DNA of 64,000 nt from Nemertoderma westbladi. Its lineage: Eukaryota; Animalia; Xenacoelomorpha. Position numbers and translations under genes: made by a program. The notes beneath the pieces were generated by a model. That model was not told the origin of the DNA, made no database searches, and was given only the letters and a program-made list of their open reading frames with translations. Positions 38,879 through 51,009 of this stretch are shown in pieces. Where the stretch lies: contig JAUCBJ010003381.1 in NCBI GenBank assembly GCA_032718475.1, positions 1 through 64,000 on the forward strand. Direction: 5' to 3'. The number at the start of each line of letters is the position of its first letter. Within the stretch, counting starts at the first letter, position 1.

Positions 38879-41800
38879 GCTATTATTTTTAAGTATGCGA
38901 ACCTTGTACTGAACGTGTAGCCAAGGGAAATACCCGATAGGGGGGACTTTAGACGCAATCAAAAATCATCCCTCTTCAGGGGAAATTGACGCAAATAACA
39001 GCTGATTACTCCCAAATATGTAACTGAACCTGTTATATTGACATTAGTTTATTGTTTGAATATGTAGGTATCACTACACTATAAAATTGGAAAATTAAAA
39101 TAAATTACCATGTGCCGATTGATAGTGCGAAATTATTTCCTCACTAATAAATATTCGACTATAATAAAAAATCTACTATTATTATTAGAAACAATAGTTC
39201 TAGTGGACTTTCCAATCTACAGTAAGGAACAAAAATTCTGACTAATATATTAAAGTAGATTGATTGTCCTAGTCATAGACGAGGCAAACCAACCCATCTG
39301 ACTTTGTTGAGTACTAATTAGTGCAGATGGCTAAATGCTAACTAATTACCTATCTGCAATAAATAATTAACGTAACCACGACACCATGATGACGTACGTC
39401 AAACATAAATATACATCTAACAAGTTTTACTTTTAGTGAGTCCTGTCACAACCACATCGCATATTATATATCGTCTTTAGTTAAGTCATACCATAAATAA
39501 CCGCGTAAACTAAACTCGAAATTATGTTATATATTATTCTGACTTAAATTAAATCAATATATTAGTTATAAAATAAATAAACATTCAAACGCGTCTCTCT
39601 ATTCGACAAACTAGGAATGCTAAAAATATATTGACTATACTGTATTGTAGTTTTACTAAATCACACAATATTGTGTTTGTTTGTTAAAGCCGCCTGGGCG
39701 AAGAATTGCGGATGAGGGAAAATACATTAAGTGTAACATTTAGTCTGCCTACTACGCCTTGTAATGGCAGAAATATACAATAAGATAAACCCATTTCATA
39801 ATAAATGCTAATAATATAATAATATAACACCCCGTAGTGAAACATTTACATTGCCAAGAATTGAATATCTCCCTCAAACGAAACCGCACATTTCTCCAAA
39901 CCGCATATTATTTTGTTCCCAGATTTTGTTCTCAGATTTATAATAATGGATGACATGTAGCGAGCTACCAAAGTAAGCGAGCTTAGCATACGGGTGCCAC
40001 TAACTCAATCGGTGTGTCTGTTGTTCTATCGTGTTCAATTTTAACCATTAATATCTCGGCCAAATATCGATGAAATCTATCCAGACTTGGTACACATGTA
40101 GTCTGGCAAAAGTTTAGAAATTTTCAAAGTTGAATTTGCGTGGGGTCTTTGTGCACCACCTGTGTAACTGTCATGCAATTATAATAAATTAATCTATCCA
40201 AAATTATTAGCTGGTCGCTAGGAGACTGCAAGTTATATACCGTACTGCTGTTGCTGAATACGTGTTGGGCCTAGCTGTCTAGGCTGGTTGTCAGGGTGGT
40301 ACTGCAGTATTGGCGACTATTCATATTCAACCAGTAGCCATATCATGTACGGTACCGTAATCTTATCAAACAGATGTTTAGCAGTACCTGTAGTAGTGCA
40401 GTGGTACCGTATCCGCAACTGTACCTGTACTGCTGTAGGTTACCGGTACCACCCACCCATCGGCTCGGCAGCAGCAACCATGGAAATTTTGATATAATGT
40501 GGACTTACAGACTTAACAGCTTAAGAACTGGTGGAAGTGGAAGTGAAACGGACTGACAGGTCAGGTTGTACCAGCTGACCTTTATTCCATGTTCCGGTAC
40601 CCACTATGCACTAACTGCACTACCCCAATAGGCAACGTGATGGAGTTGTATTTAAACAACTCGCCATCAAGGCCACAACCTCTGTATGCCGCAGTGTCGT
40701 TGGAGACCTGTACTATTGGTGTATCGCTACTGCGCTTGCGCTAGAGGTAAACTGAACAAAGCGAAGAGCTAGGACTGGAGAATGCACGGAACTTTTTGAG
40801 AGTAGTTTGACTGTGGACTTCTATAACATCGATGCCAAGCTGCCAATCCGAAAGTTTAGGTAGGCGGATACCGGTACATAATCTATTCGAAGCAAAGTGG
40901 AAAGTCTTAAGTGAACTGAGATCGGATGGATCATTCTATAGATAAGTTATAGTGTTAGTGTACCAGCCAGTCAGTGGTGTCTGCCTGTCACAGTGTTGCC
41001 CATGTGGTAATAAAGACTTTGGTACATATTGACTGATATAATAGGGATAGGGACAGATGGGGAGCGGGATGGGGCTTTCGATGCAATAAAAAGTCATCCC
41101 TCTCCAGGGGAAAATCAATGCAAAACAGCTGATTACTAATTTGTTATATTGACTTTAGTGGCGGCCCAAATCTTAATTAAGATTAGATCGATGTAATGTA
41201 ATGTAATGTAATTTCATTGTATTGTTTTTTGGTTATAGTATAATTATTAGGTCGTTAATTAATGAGAATATTTATTTAATTATTCCATTGCTGAATAAAT
41301 ATATTAGTTGAATAATAACTATATACGTCATTGTTCATAAAATTACACTTTATTTATAGCGTTACGGCACGAGTGATTTTCAATAAAATGAAATTCTGTA
41401 TTAACCTCGCTACGCTCGATAAATAAAATATCTCGGGTCTAGTGAAAATAATGTTCTACATTAATTACCATGCAATTAATAATTATAAAGTGCTAATTAT
41501 GAACAATGGCGAATCTAATTTTATTTATTTGTGGGGAATTATTTGTAATTATGCACTTAAACTTTCTAGAACAACCTAATAATGACGCGGTGCCATACTG
41601 GATATAGTGGAAATACATTATAAAATGTATGGCGTAGGGATATACTGAGAAATAATGTCGCACTGCGTTATAAAGTTAGAAAATATGTCGCTCTGGCGAG
41701 TAGGCAGTGCGAAATTAATTCCATACAAATAAATAAAAAGGTTATGAATTTCATCAATTTTCCTAGACATCACTATTAAAGTGATTAATTAATTAAGTTA

Positions 41801-42059
41801 AGCGTTCGGAACCCCGTGCTCCATGCTGAGAGAGAGGATAGCCCATGACTTTCTTGAGAGGCCACTTACTTAGGTAAACTTGGTCTTGAAGATGCGGATG
41901 ATCTCGCGGAAGTCATGGAGTTGTGGCCGCGCAATTTTGTCGATAAGCCGGCATAGCATTTTAATGCACAATTGTGGAATGCATGAATTGCTTATTTTGG
42001 CTATCGTGCTGCGCGAAGGCCCCACAACGTGTTATACGTAACTACCATATAATCTAGAA

Positions 42060-42727
42060 TCAGTAGAGTATGATTGGCTACTGGGATTGGCATGCTGCAT
42101 TGCAGCTGCATTTTTAAGAATGCTATAATGACAATGTCCTACAAAGCGGCGACCACTTTGTTCTAGGGGGCCGTCCAAGTATGACGTCAGCACTTTAGGG
42201 GGGGGAGGGGGTTGGGAAAATCTGATGACGTGCTGATGAGGGGAGGGGAGGGGGTCACCCAAAATCTGACGTCAGCATGTTCATTTATAGGTGCTAGAAG
42301 AGATATAGCAGAAGAGTAAATAGCTTGCCTATTTTAATTGTTCGAAGGCCCGTAGCACGACCTTCTGTTTCAGTTACCAGTCACCATGTTTCAGTGATTA
42401 GGACGCGAAATTTTTTTTAATCTGATTTAGGGGGGGGGGGGGGGTCAAGGCCTTTCTGATGACATGTGATTTAGGGGGGGGAGGGGGTCAACATTTTGGG
42501 GAAAAGTGCAGACGTCATACTTGGACGGCCCCTAGTGTCAAGCTTGGGGAAACCAATGAGACACCTCCAATGTCATGTAGTGTCTGGTTGGAGATGTGTG
42601 CATTGTACTTGACAAAATGAACCCGGCGTAGCATTCTTGTGAATGTGCCATCCAGAGATTTGGTGTCCTCAGTAGTCAGAGCCCAGCATGGACTCCCATA
42701 GAGGAGTACTGGAACTACTGCTGCTCT
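42060..42727 (-). mobile_element. RTE LINE fragment interrupted by a MITE; a further plus-strand fragment at ~41835-41985
   Basis: VPVLLYGSPCWALT..LDGTFTRMLRR; matches the 49541-50390 copy on both sides of the insertion. Confidence 0.8.
42167..42532. mobile_element. PIF/Harbinger (Tourist-like) MITE
   Basis: TIRs GGGGCCGTCCAAGTATGACGTC / GACGTCATACTTGGACGGCCCC; 3-bp TSD TAG, confirmed by the empty site GTTCTAGTGTC in the paralogous LINE at ~49816. Confidence 0.88.
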
Positions 42728-43204
42728 TGGCAATGATTGGCACGGCAACGGATAACGAAACAATAGCGAGAATCTGGCAATTCTGAATCCTGTGAGCCTC
42801 ACCTCACCGTCTATCCGCCTGTTTGTTTTATGGCTAGAGGCTGTATGGTTTTATTGAGAATATGCACATATGATTTTTATTGGGCAACTGTCTCAAGAGG
42901 CTAATTTCCTTTGAGTGTGTGGCAATTTGGAGAGTGTACTTCAGTTCTCTTGTATTGTGAAGAGCAGACGGTTTCAGACAGGAAATGCATGTTCACCACC
43001 ATAGAAAATTTTTCCACAGTTAAGCTTTACACTTAGTTTCCGAAGTTACGTTGGCTCCCGTTTTGAGACAGACAGGGGGAATCTTGACGAAAATCCAATC
43101 TCAGCGAATTAATCGGAAAGGAAAGGAAAGGAAAGGAGCAGGTTACAGTTCGTTATTCTTTCCAAAATAATAAACAAAAGTCAATAGAACAGCTTACAGT
43201 TTTA

Positions 43205-43432
43205 TTTTTGGGAGTAATCAGCAGTTATTTGCGTCGATTTTCCCCTGGAGAGGGATTAATTTTGATTGCGTCGAAAGTGCCCCGTATCTGCCAATTTTAC
43301 GACGCATGTACTGATTGTACACCTCGTTGGAGCTACCGTGTTGCATTTAATACCAACAACCAGTACTGTTCCGTCCAGGGATCGAACAGGGACCTCGGCA
43401 TTGGAAGCACAGAATGTAAACCAAGTTATAGT
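43205..43432 (-). mobile_element. tRNA-derived SINE; body fragments also at ~1078-1140, ~38930-39050, ~41070-41150 and ~62050
   Basis: Minus-strand head with A-box-like TATAACTTGG and B-box GTTCGATCC; shared body GGGGAAAATCGACGCAAATAAC(A/T)GCTGATTAC. Confidence 0.6.
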
Positions 43433-44356
43433 GAAAAATTGAATACTAGGAGTCCTATGCCTGATTTTAACTGAAAGGCATGAAAAATATCCATTGCAAT
43501 GCGTTTTCAATGAAAGAATAAAATTCAAATGCACCAGTTAAAACTTAAAAATATAAAATTTGTTTGAAATGTCCACGCATGTTATTTTATAAATGTTTTA
43601 ATTATTAGTTTTTTATACAGTAAGCATGTAGATTTACATTTTCGGTACAAATGTTTAGTATAAAACAAAAACAATGACGTTCACGTTCTGTCAATATCCC
43701 TGATGTTCCAATGCGGGAGACAGAAACCTACCTAATTATTGAGTCAGATATTTAATTATAAATAATAAATGGCCTATTTATTGCTCTGTATGCACATGAA
43801 ACTAAACATTTTAACAAAACTTTTAAGTTGACTCCCGCTTCTCAATGTAGCAATGATTAATTATAATGCCACAAGAGTTCCCCTAATAGAACTGAGTGGC
43901 GGTTTTCTTTTCCTGGGGTGCCAGTCATTTGGTTGGTTGATATATTTAACGCGTTTAATGGGGTGATGTATTTATTTTGTATGTCATTGGTGGAATTAAA
44001 GGATGATGAAGTGTGTGTTGATTGGTTAGTTGGACACCAGTTGTTTCCGACAATTATTATTATTGATTGCTTGTACAGTATAGCCAACAACGTTATTTGT
44101 TGTAACAATAAAATGTAATAGTTGAGTATTGATTGAATGATACGTATCCTATTTACCGTGATGTTCTTCACTTTAAGTTGGGTTAGCAGGGTTACTTTTG
44201 GAGTGGTTGCGACGCATTGCATAATGTAACACAGTAAGTAGTAACCATTTAACGTAACTGGATTTATCCCCGCAGGAATTCAGGGACGCGCCGGCGATCC
44301 GTTACGGTCGCCCCTTGGCGTCGGTGCGACGGATCCGGAGCCGTCTATCCGGATCC

Positions 44357-44543
44357 GGCAGACAGACTGTACCGGTCGTGGGGTCGTCCCTTCAGTGTGA
44401 CGATGGGCTGGGTCCGATCTAGGATCCAGTTCGCGTTAATTCGCGGGGCCTCCCACTGCCTACGTGGTTCGAGAGTGAAGTGGAGAAGCAGGATGGGGTT
44501 CGAAGATGGGGCAGGGTTACCGGGTGTATCGGCGCTTCATTAA
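44357..44543 (+). mobile_element. CRE-like non-LTR retrotransposon 3' remnant
   Basis: ADRLYRSWGRPFSVTMGWVRSRIQFALIRGASHCLRGSRVKWRSRMGFEDGAGLP*, typical CRE-clade C-terminus; similar to 50400-50799. Confidence 0.75.
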
Positions 44544-44880
44544 GACCCTACGACCTTAATCAGCGCATATCGCAATTCAAACAATTTACAATAGCGGATT
44601 TAAACATTTTAAATTTCCCTCTTTTAGAAGCAGTCAGCTGGTAGTGGGTATATTATGAAAATTAGGTTATCCGATTATCACCAAATGTAAATATCGTATC
44701 AGACTTTCTTTGCCTGTCAAATAATGGATTGTTTACCTAAATTGTAACAGGAGATAGTCGCAATACTGATTATGGTATGAGCATTTCGCGAGGCATTCCA
44801 GTTCAGTAATCAGTATAATAGGGCAGTTGAGGGGGAAGCATTTAGCTGTGATTACATATTATTTATATTGTCCTCTGTAG

Positions 44881-44996
44881 GTGAACCTTGCTACGAGTGA
44901 CTCACGTGGTGGTGGAACAGGGACCTCGTATGTGGAGAGTAAGGCGGATGAAGACATTGATTGGAGAGGAGGTTGTTCCTCCTCACAACCAACAAG
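44881..44996 (+). CDS. EIF4B: eIF4B exon 5 (end of RRM, DWR motif)
   Basis: CTGTAG|VNLATSDSRGGG..KADEDIDWRGG..AG|GTAAGA; joins NRRIE|VNLA (cf. human NRRIRVDVA, TDWR); phase 0 in, phase 2 out. Confidence 0.88.
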
Positions 44997-47900
44997 GTAA
45001 GACGTGAACCAATGATTGGAGAGGAGGTTGTTCCTCCTCACAACCAACAAGGTAAGACGTGAACCAATGATTGGAGAGGAGGTTGTTCCTCCTCACAACC
45101 AACAAGGTAAGACGTGAACCAATGATTGGAGAGGAGGTTGTTCCTCCTCACAACCAACAAGGTAAGACGTGAACCAATGATTGGAGAGGAGGTTGTTCCC
45201 TCTCACAACCACCAAGGTAAGGCGTGAACCAATGATTGTAGAGGAGGTTGTTCCTCCTCACAACCAACAAGGTAAGGCGGAACCAATGATTGGAGAGGAG
45301 GTTGTTCCTCCTGACAACCACCAAGGTAATGCGGAACCAATTATTGGAGAGGAGGTTGTTCCTCCTCACAACCAACAAGGTAAGACGTGAACCAATGATT
45401 GGAGAGGAGGTTGTTCCCTCTCACAACCACCAAGGTAAGGCGTGAACCAATTATTGTAGAGGAGGTTGTTCCTCCTCACAACCAACAAGGTAAGGCGGAA
45501 CCAATGATTGGAGAGGAGGTTGTTCCTCCTGACAACCACCAAGGTAATGCGGAACCAATTATTGGAGAGGAGGTTGTTCCTCCTCACAACCAACAAGGTA
45601 AGACGTGAACCAATGATTGGAGAGGAGGTTGTTCCTCCTCACAAACCAACAAGGTAAGTCGTGAACCAATGATTGGAGATGAGGTTGTTCCCTCTCACAA
45701 CCACCATTCTGAGACGTTGACCAATGATTGTAGAGGAGGTTGTTCCTATTCACAACCACCAAGGTAAGTCGTGAGCCAATGATTATGAGAGGAGGTTGTT
45801 CCTTCTCACAACCACCAAGGTAAGGCGGAACCAATGATTGGAGAGGACGTTGTTCCCTCTCACAACCACCAAGGTAAGGCGGAACCAATGATTTGAGAGG
45901 AAGTTATTGCTCCTCGCAACCACCAAGGTAAGACGTGAACCAATGATTGGAGATGAGGTTGCTCCCTCTCACAACCACCAATGTAAGACGTCAACCAATG
46001 ATTGTAGAGGAGGTTGTTCCTCCTCACAACCAACAAGGTAAGGCGGAACCAATGATTGGAGAGGAGGTTGTTCCTCCTGACAACCACCAAGGTAATGCGG
46101 AACCAATTATTGGAGAGGAGGTTGTTCCTCCTCACAACCAACAAGGTAAGACGTGAACCAATGATTGGAGAGGAGGTTGTTCCCTCTCACAACCACCAAG
46201 GTAAGGCGTGAACCAATTATTGTAGAGGAGGTTGTTCCTCCTCACAACCAACAAGGTAAGGCGGAACCAATGATTGGAGAGGAGGTTGTTCCTCCTGACA
46301 ACCACCAAGGTAATGCGGAGCCAATTATTGGAGAGGAGGTTGTTCCTCCTCACAACCAACAAGGTAAGACGTGAACCAATGATTGGAGAGGAGGTTGTTC
46401 CTCCTCACAAACCAACAAGGTAAGTCGTGAACCAATGATTGGAGATGAGGTTGTTCCCTCTCACAACCACCATTCTGAGACGTTGACCAATGATTGTAGA
46501 GGAGGTTGTTCCTATTCACAACCACCAAGGTAAGTCGTGAGCCAATGATTATGAGAGGAGGTTGTTCCTTCTCACAACCACCAAGGTAAGGCGGAACCAA
46601 TGATTGGAGAGGACGTTGTTCCCTCTCACAACCACCAAGGTAAGGCGGAACCAATGATTTGAGAGGAAGTTATTGCTCCTCGCAACCACCAAGGTAAGAC
46701 GTGAACCAATGATTGGAGATGAGGTTGTTCCCTCTCACAACCACCAATGTAAGACGTCAACCAATGATTGGAGAGGAGGTTGTTCCGCCTCACAACCACC
46801 AAGGTAAGACGTGAGCCAATGATTTGAGAGGAGGTTTTTACTCCTCATAACCACCAAGGTAAGGCGTGAACCAATGATTGGGAGAGGAAGTTGTTACCTC
46901 TCACAACCACCAAGGTAAGGCGGAAACATTGATTGGAGATGAGGTTGTTCCCTCTCACAACCACCAAGGTAAGACGTGAACCAATGATTGGAGAGGAGGT
47001 TGTTCCACCTCACAACCACCAAGGTAAGACGTGAACCAATGATTTGAGAGGAGGTTGTTGCTCCTCGCAACCACCAAGGTAAGACGTGAACCAATGATTG
47101 GAGATGAGGTTATTCCTGAACCAATGATTGGGAGAGGAGGTTGTTCCCTCTCACAACCACTAAGGTAAGGCGGAAACATTGTTTGGAGAGGAGGTTGTTC
47201 CCTCTCATAACCACCAAGGTAAGGCGTGAACCAATGATTGGAGAGGAGGTTGTTCCTTCTCACAACCACCAAGGTAAGGCGGAAACATTGATTGGAGAGG
47301 AGGTTGTTCCCTCTCATAACCACCAAGGTAAGACGTGAACCAATGATTGGAGAGGAGGTTGTTCCCTCTCACAACCACCAAGGTAAGGCGTGAACCAATG
47401 ATTGGGAGAGGAGGTTGTTCCCCCTCACAACCGCCAAGGTAAGACGTGAACCAATTATTTGAGAGGAGGTTGTTGCTCCTCGCAACCACCAAGGTAAGAC
47501 GTGAACCAATGATTGGAGTGGAGGTTGTTCCCTCTCACAACCACCAAGGTAAGGCGTGAACCAATGATTGGGAGAGGAGGTTGTTCCCTCTCACAACCAC
47601 CAAGGTAAGGCGGAAACATTGATTGGAGAGGAGGTTGTTCCACCTCACAACCACCAAGGTAAGGCGGAAACATTGATTGGAGATGAGGTTGTTCCCTCTC
47701 ACAACCACCAAGGTAAGGCGTGAACCAATGATTGGGAGAGGAGGTTGTTCCCTCTCACAACCACCAAGGTAAGGCGGAACCAATGATTGGGAGAGGAGGT
47801 TGTTCCCTCTCACAACCACCAAGGTAAGGCGTGAACCAATGATTGGGAGAGGAGGTTGTTCCCTCTCACAACCACCAAGGTAAGGCGGAAACATTGATTG

Positions 47901-48340
47901 GAGATGAGGTTGTTCCCTCTCACAACCACCAAGGTAAGGCGTGAACCAATGATTGGGAGAGGAGGTTGTTCCCTCTCACAACCACCAAGGTAAGGCGGAA
48001 ACATTGATTGGAGATGAGGTTGTTCCCTCTCACAACCACCAAGGTAAGGCGTGAACCAATGATTGGGAGAGGAGGTTGTTCCCTCTCACAACCACCAAGG
48101 TAAGGCGGAACCAATGATTGGGAGAGGAGGTTGTTCCCTCTCACAACCACCAAGGTAAGGCGTGAACCAATGATTGGGAGAGGAGGTTGTTCCCTCTCAC
48201 AACCACCAAGGTAAGGCGGAACCAATGATTGGGAGAGGAGGTTGTTCCCTCTCACAACCACCAAGGTAAGGCGGAACCAATGATTGGAGATGAGGTTGTT
48301 TCCTCTCACAACCACCATGGTAAACGTTGACCAATGATTG
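44957..48340. repeat. 54-56-bp minisatellite, ~60 copies, derived from the eIF4B exon-5/intron-5 junction
   Basis: Unit GTGAACCAATGATTGGAGAGGAGGTTGTTCCTCCTCACAACCAACAAG|GTAAGAC; the first unit is the exon end itself. Confidence 0.97.
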
Positions 48341-48417
48341 CATATTAGATTATGTATTTTCTATTTATATAGAACGTTACCATAGCTAACTGTTTAGTGT
48401 TTGTGTATCATTTGCAG

Positions 48418-48548
48418 TTACGGTCATCCCGGCCAGCAGCCCCCTCCTATTCATCCCAGCGCGGACAATAACCAATGGCGCTCAGATAACCGACCCGCCC
48501 ACCCCAGCGCCAACGATGACCCCTGGCGCAATAGTGATAACCGATCAG
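48418..48548 (+). CDS. EIF4B: eIF4B exon 6
   Basis: TTTGCAG|T YGHPGQQ..ADNNQWRSDNR..ANDDPWRNSDNRS G|GTAAG; xWR repeats typical of eIF4B; phases 2/1 fit. Confidence 0.82.
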
Positions 48549-48868
48549 GTAAGGTCGTCTCAGGCCTAAGACAACTATACCAATCTACAGCATCGTTCAT
48601 ATGCTGGGTAAACAATTAATTGTAGATGTAGAATAGTTACCGTATGTAGAGTAGATTGTTATGTATGAGTGGTATCCTTTGTAGGAGAGTTGTTCTTTTA
48701 TTAATATAACGTAATCTTATTTATAAATTAAACTTTTACATTTTTTACTGATAATATAGCGTTGGTAATAGATACGGCAATGAAGCGAGACTTATGATAA
48801 TAATTCTGTCAGTGAAGTTGGTCACGCTATTTGCTGCTGAGTTTGACGTCATTAATAATTTGTTTCAG

Positions 48869-49105
48869 CCGGCCGCTCTGATGGATTCGGTCGCATGGAT
48901 GGTCCGGGAAGATACGAAGGTTCCAACAGTTACGGGACGCGGGAAGGGCCGCCGGCTGAGCGGTTCCGTGGGGGTCTACCAGCGAGCGTAGGACGGGATG
49001 AGCGACCCCGTTTCGATGGGCCGAGAGGCGGGAGAGATGGCTCCCCCCGAGCCCGATTTACCGGAGGAGTGCGGGCCTCTCAGTCGCCGAATAGATCGGA
49101 TTCTC
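48869..49105 (+). CDS. EIF4B: eIF4B exon 7 (D/R/G-rich, DRYG-like region)
   Basis: TTTCAG|CC GRSDGFGRMDGPGRYEG..ERPRFDGPRGGRDG..; ends C|GTTAGT (same donor type as exons 1 and 3) or reads through to TAG at 49110. Confidence 0.8.
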
Positions 49106-49540
49106 GTTAGTATATCTCTAGATCTATAAAACAAAATAGAAACGCGACATTAAATGTACAATTAGTACTTGGTTGACGATATTGAAAAGCTTATAAAAAT
49201 ATCTGAAGATATATCCACTAGGAAGTTGAATTTTTTCAAGCTTAAATTTTCCTGCGTTCTGTTGTGAAACTAACCCTAATGATGTTATTAAACAATTCTT
49301 TCGATTCTTAAATCGATTACCAAGAAATATTCAAATTGCGACCAACAAAATAATCCGCAAAACGAAAAATGATACAGAAATTCCAGGATGTCCAATTTTT
49401 AATTACAAATATCCAAATATTTCAAATTTCAGGATTTCAATGTGGGGCGAGCCACGAAAGTAAGCGAGCTTAGCATATGGGTACCCCCAACTCAATCGGT
49501 GTGTCTGTTGTTCTGCCGTGTCTAATTTTAAACGTTAATA

Positions 49541-50390
49541 CTACTACTACTAGGATCGGCATGCTGCATTGCAGCTGCATTTTTAGGAATGCTGTGCCGG
49601 CTTGTCAACAAAATTGCACCGCCACAACTCCCTATCACCCATGACATTTGCTAGATCATCCGCATCTTTAAGGCCAGTGTCCTTTAAGATGCGTCTCAAG
49701 AAAGTCATGGGCTGTCCACCATGCTTATTCACTCCATTGAGGCTGCCAAAGTACAAGATTATGCACTGGCTGGTCCTCACGGCGAAAGCAATGTCCTGCA
49801 AAGCGGAGGCGATTTTGTTCTAGTGTCAAGCTTGGGGGAACCAATGAGACACCTCCAATGTTATATAGTGTCTGGTTGGAGATGTGTGCATTGTACTTGA
49901 CACAATGAACCCGGCGTAGCATTCTTGTGAATGTGCCATCCAGAGATTTGGTGTCCTCAGCAGTTAGGGCCCAGCATGAACTCCCGTAGAGGAGTACTGG
50001 AATTACTGCTGCTCTAAATAATCGGACCTTAAGTTTCCGATTAATTCTCGGTGACTTCCAAATCCTGGAAAGCCTATTCAAGGCTGCCCATGCCTTTCCC
50101 TTACGTATTCGAAGGTCCTCACCTGACTTCCGGATCCATGATCCCAGGTAACAGAAGTCGTCCACATGCTCAAGCATACCATCCTTTGAGCTTATGCTCA
50201 TCCGATCAGAGACTTGCTGAGGACTTTCAAAGTTAACTGTCAGAATTTTAGTCTTTCTGGAGTTAATAAAAAGACCAACACTAGAAGCAGCATGTTCTAA
50301 TGAGCTGAGGAGCCGTTGGGCTCCCTCTAGTGATTCTGAGAGTACTCCTAAGTCATCAGCAAAGTCTAGATCAGTTAGGTACTTGGCAGG
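49541..50390 (-). mobile_element. RTE-clade LINE, 5'-truncated, (TAG)n tail
   Basis: DFADD RT motif, DDFCYLGSWI, IWKS..LKVRLFRAAVIPVLLYGS; tail TAGTAGTAG. Confidence 0.9.
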
Positions 50391-50399
50391 ATTTCCTCA

Positions 50400-50915
50400 A
50401 CTTCTGGAGCCAGTAGGTGGAGTTATCATCCCCTCATATGCTCACCGGTCCTTAGACTCTGTCCTCGAGCAGAGAGTCCGAGCCAAGAAGGTGCACTACA
50501 GCGCGGTGTGCGAGGATAAAAGGTTCTCCTTCACTCCCCTTGTCGGAACCACCGACGGGGTGTGGTGCAAGGAGACTGATATCTTCATTAGCCACCTCGC
50601 TGAGACTCTTGTGGCTCGGCGGCAGGGGATGCGGGAACGTGGCCTAGCTTGCGTTCTCGGTGGAGTTCGGAGGCGGCTTCAGTTCGCGCTCCTCCGCTCT
50701 AACTCCCTCTGTCTGCGTGGTGGCCGGCGTCCCTGGAGGGCGCTGGGCTTTGATGATGGTGCGGGTCTGCGGGGGAATGACCTCGCAGACCGGTATTAAT
50801 CCACGGTGCGCCATTTTTAATTGTATGTTTAATTGGTTTGTCTTAATTGTATTGTTCTGATTGGTGGTGGGATGTTGGGTTGGTGCAGCTGTATATTTAA
50901 TTTTATATAAAAACT
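50400..50915 (+). mobile_element. CRE-like non-LTR retrotransposon 3' fragment
   Basis: KKVHYSAVCEDKRFSFTPLVGTTDG..LQFALLRSNSLCLRG..GFDDGAGL, restriction-like endonuclease C-terminus, then a T-rich 3' UTR. Confidence 0.8.
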
Positions 50916-51009
50916 TATCAAGCACGTTAAGTAAAAAACCTTGTAGTACCATAGTATGTAAAAAAAACTAAAAAGCAACAGGACCTAGACGTTGCATGCA
51001 ATCAGTCAT

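Noticed and set aside
45148-48318. Many short ORFs (EEVVPPHNQQG etc.) as a repeat protein
   Set aside because: Frames break every few units, and the eIF4B frame stops immediately after the first donor.
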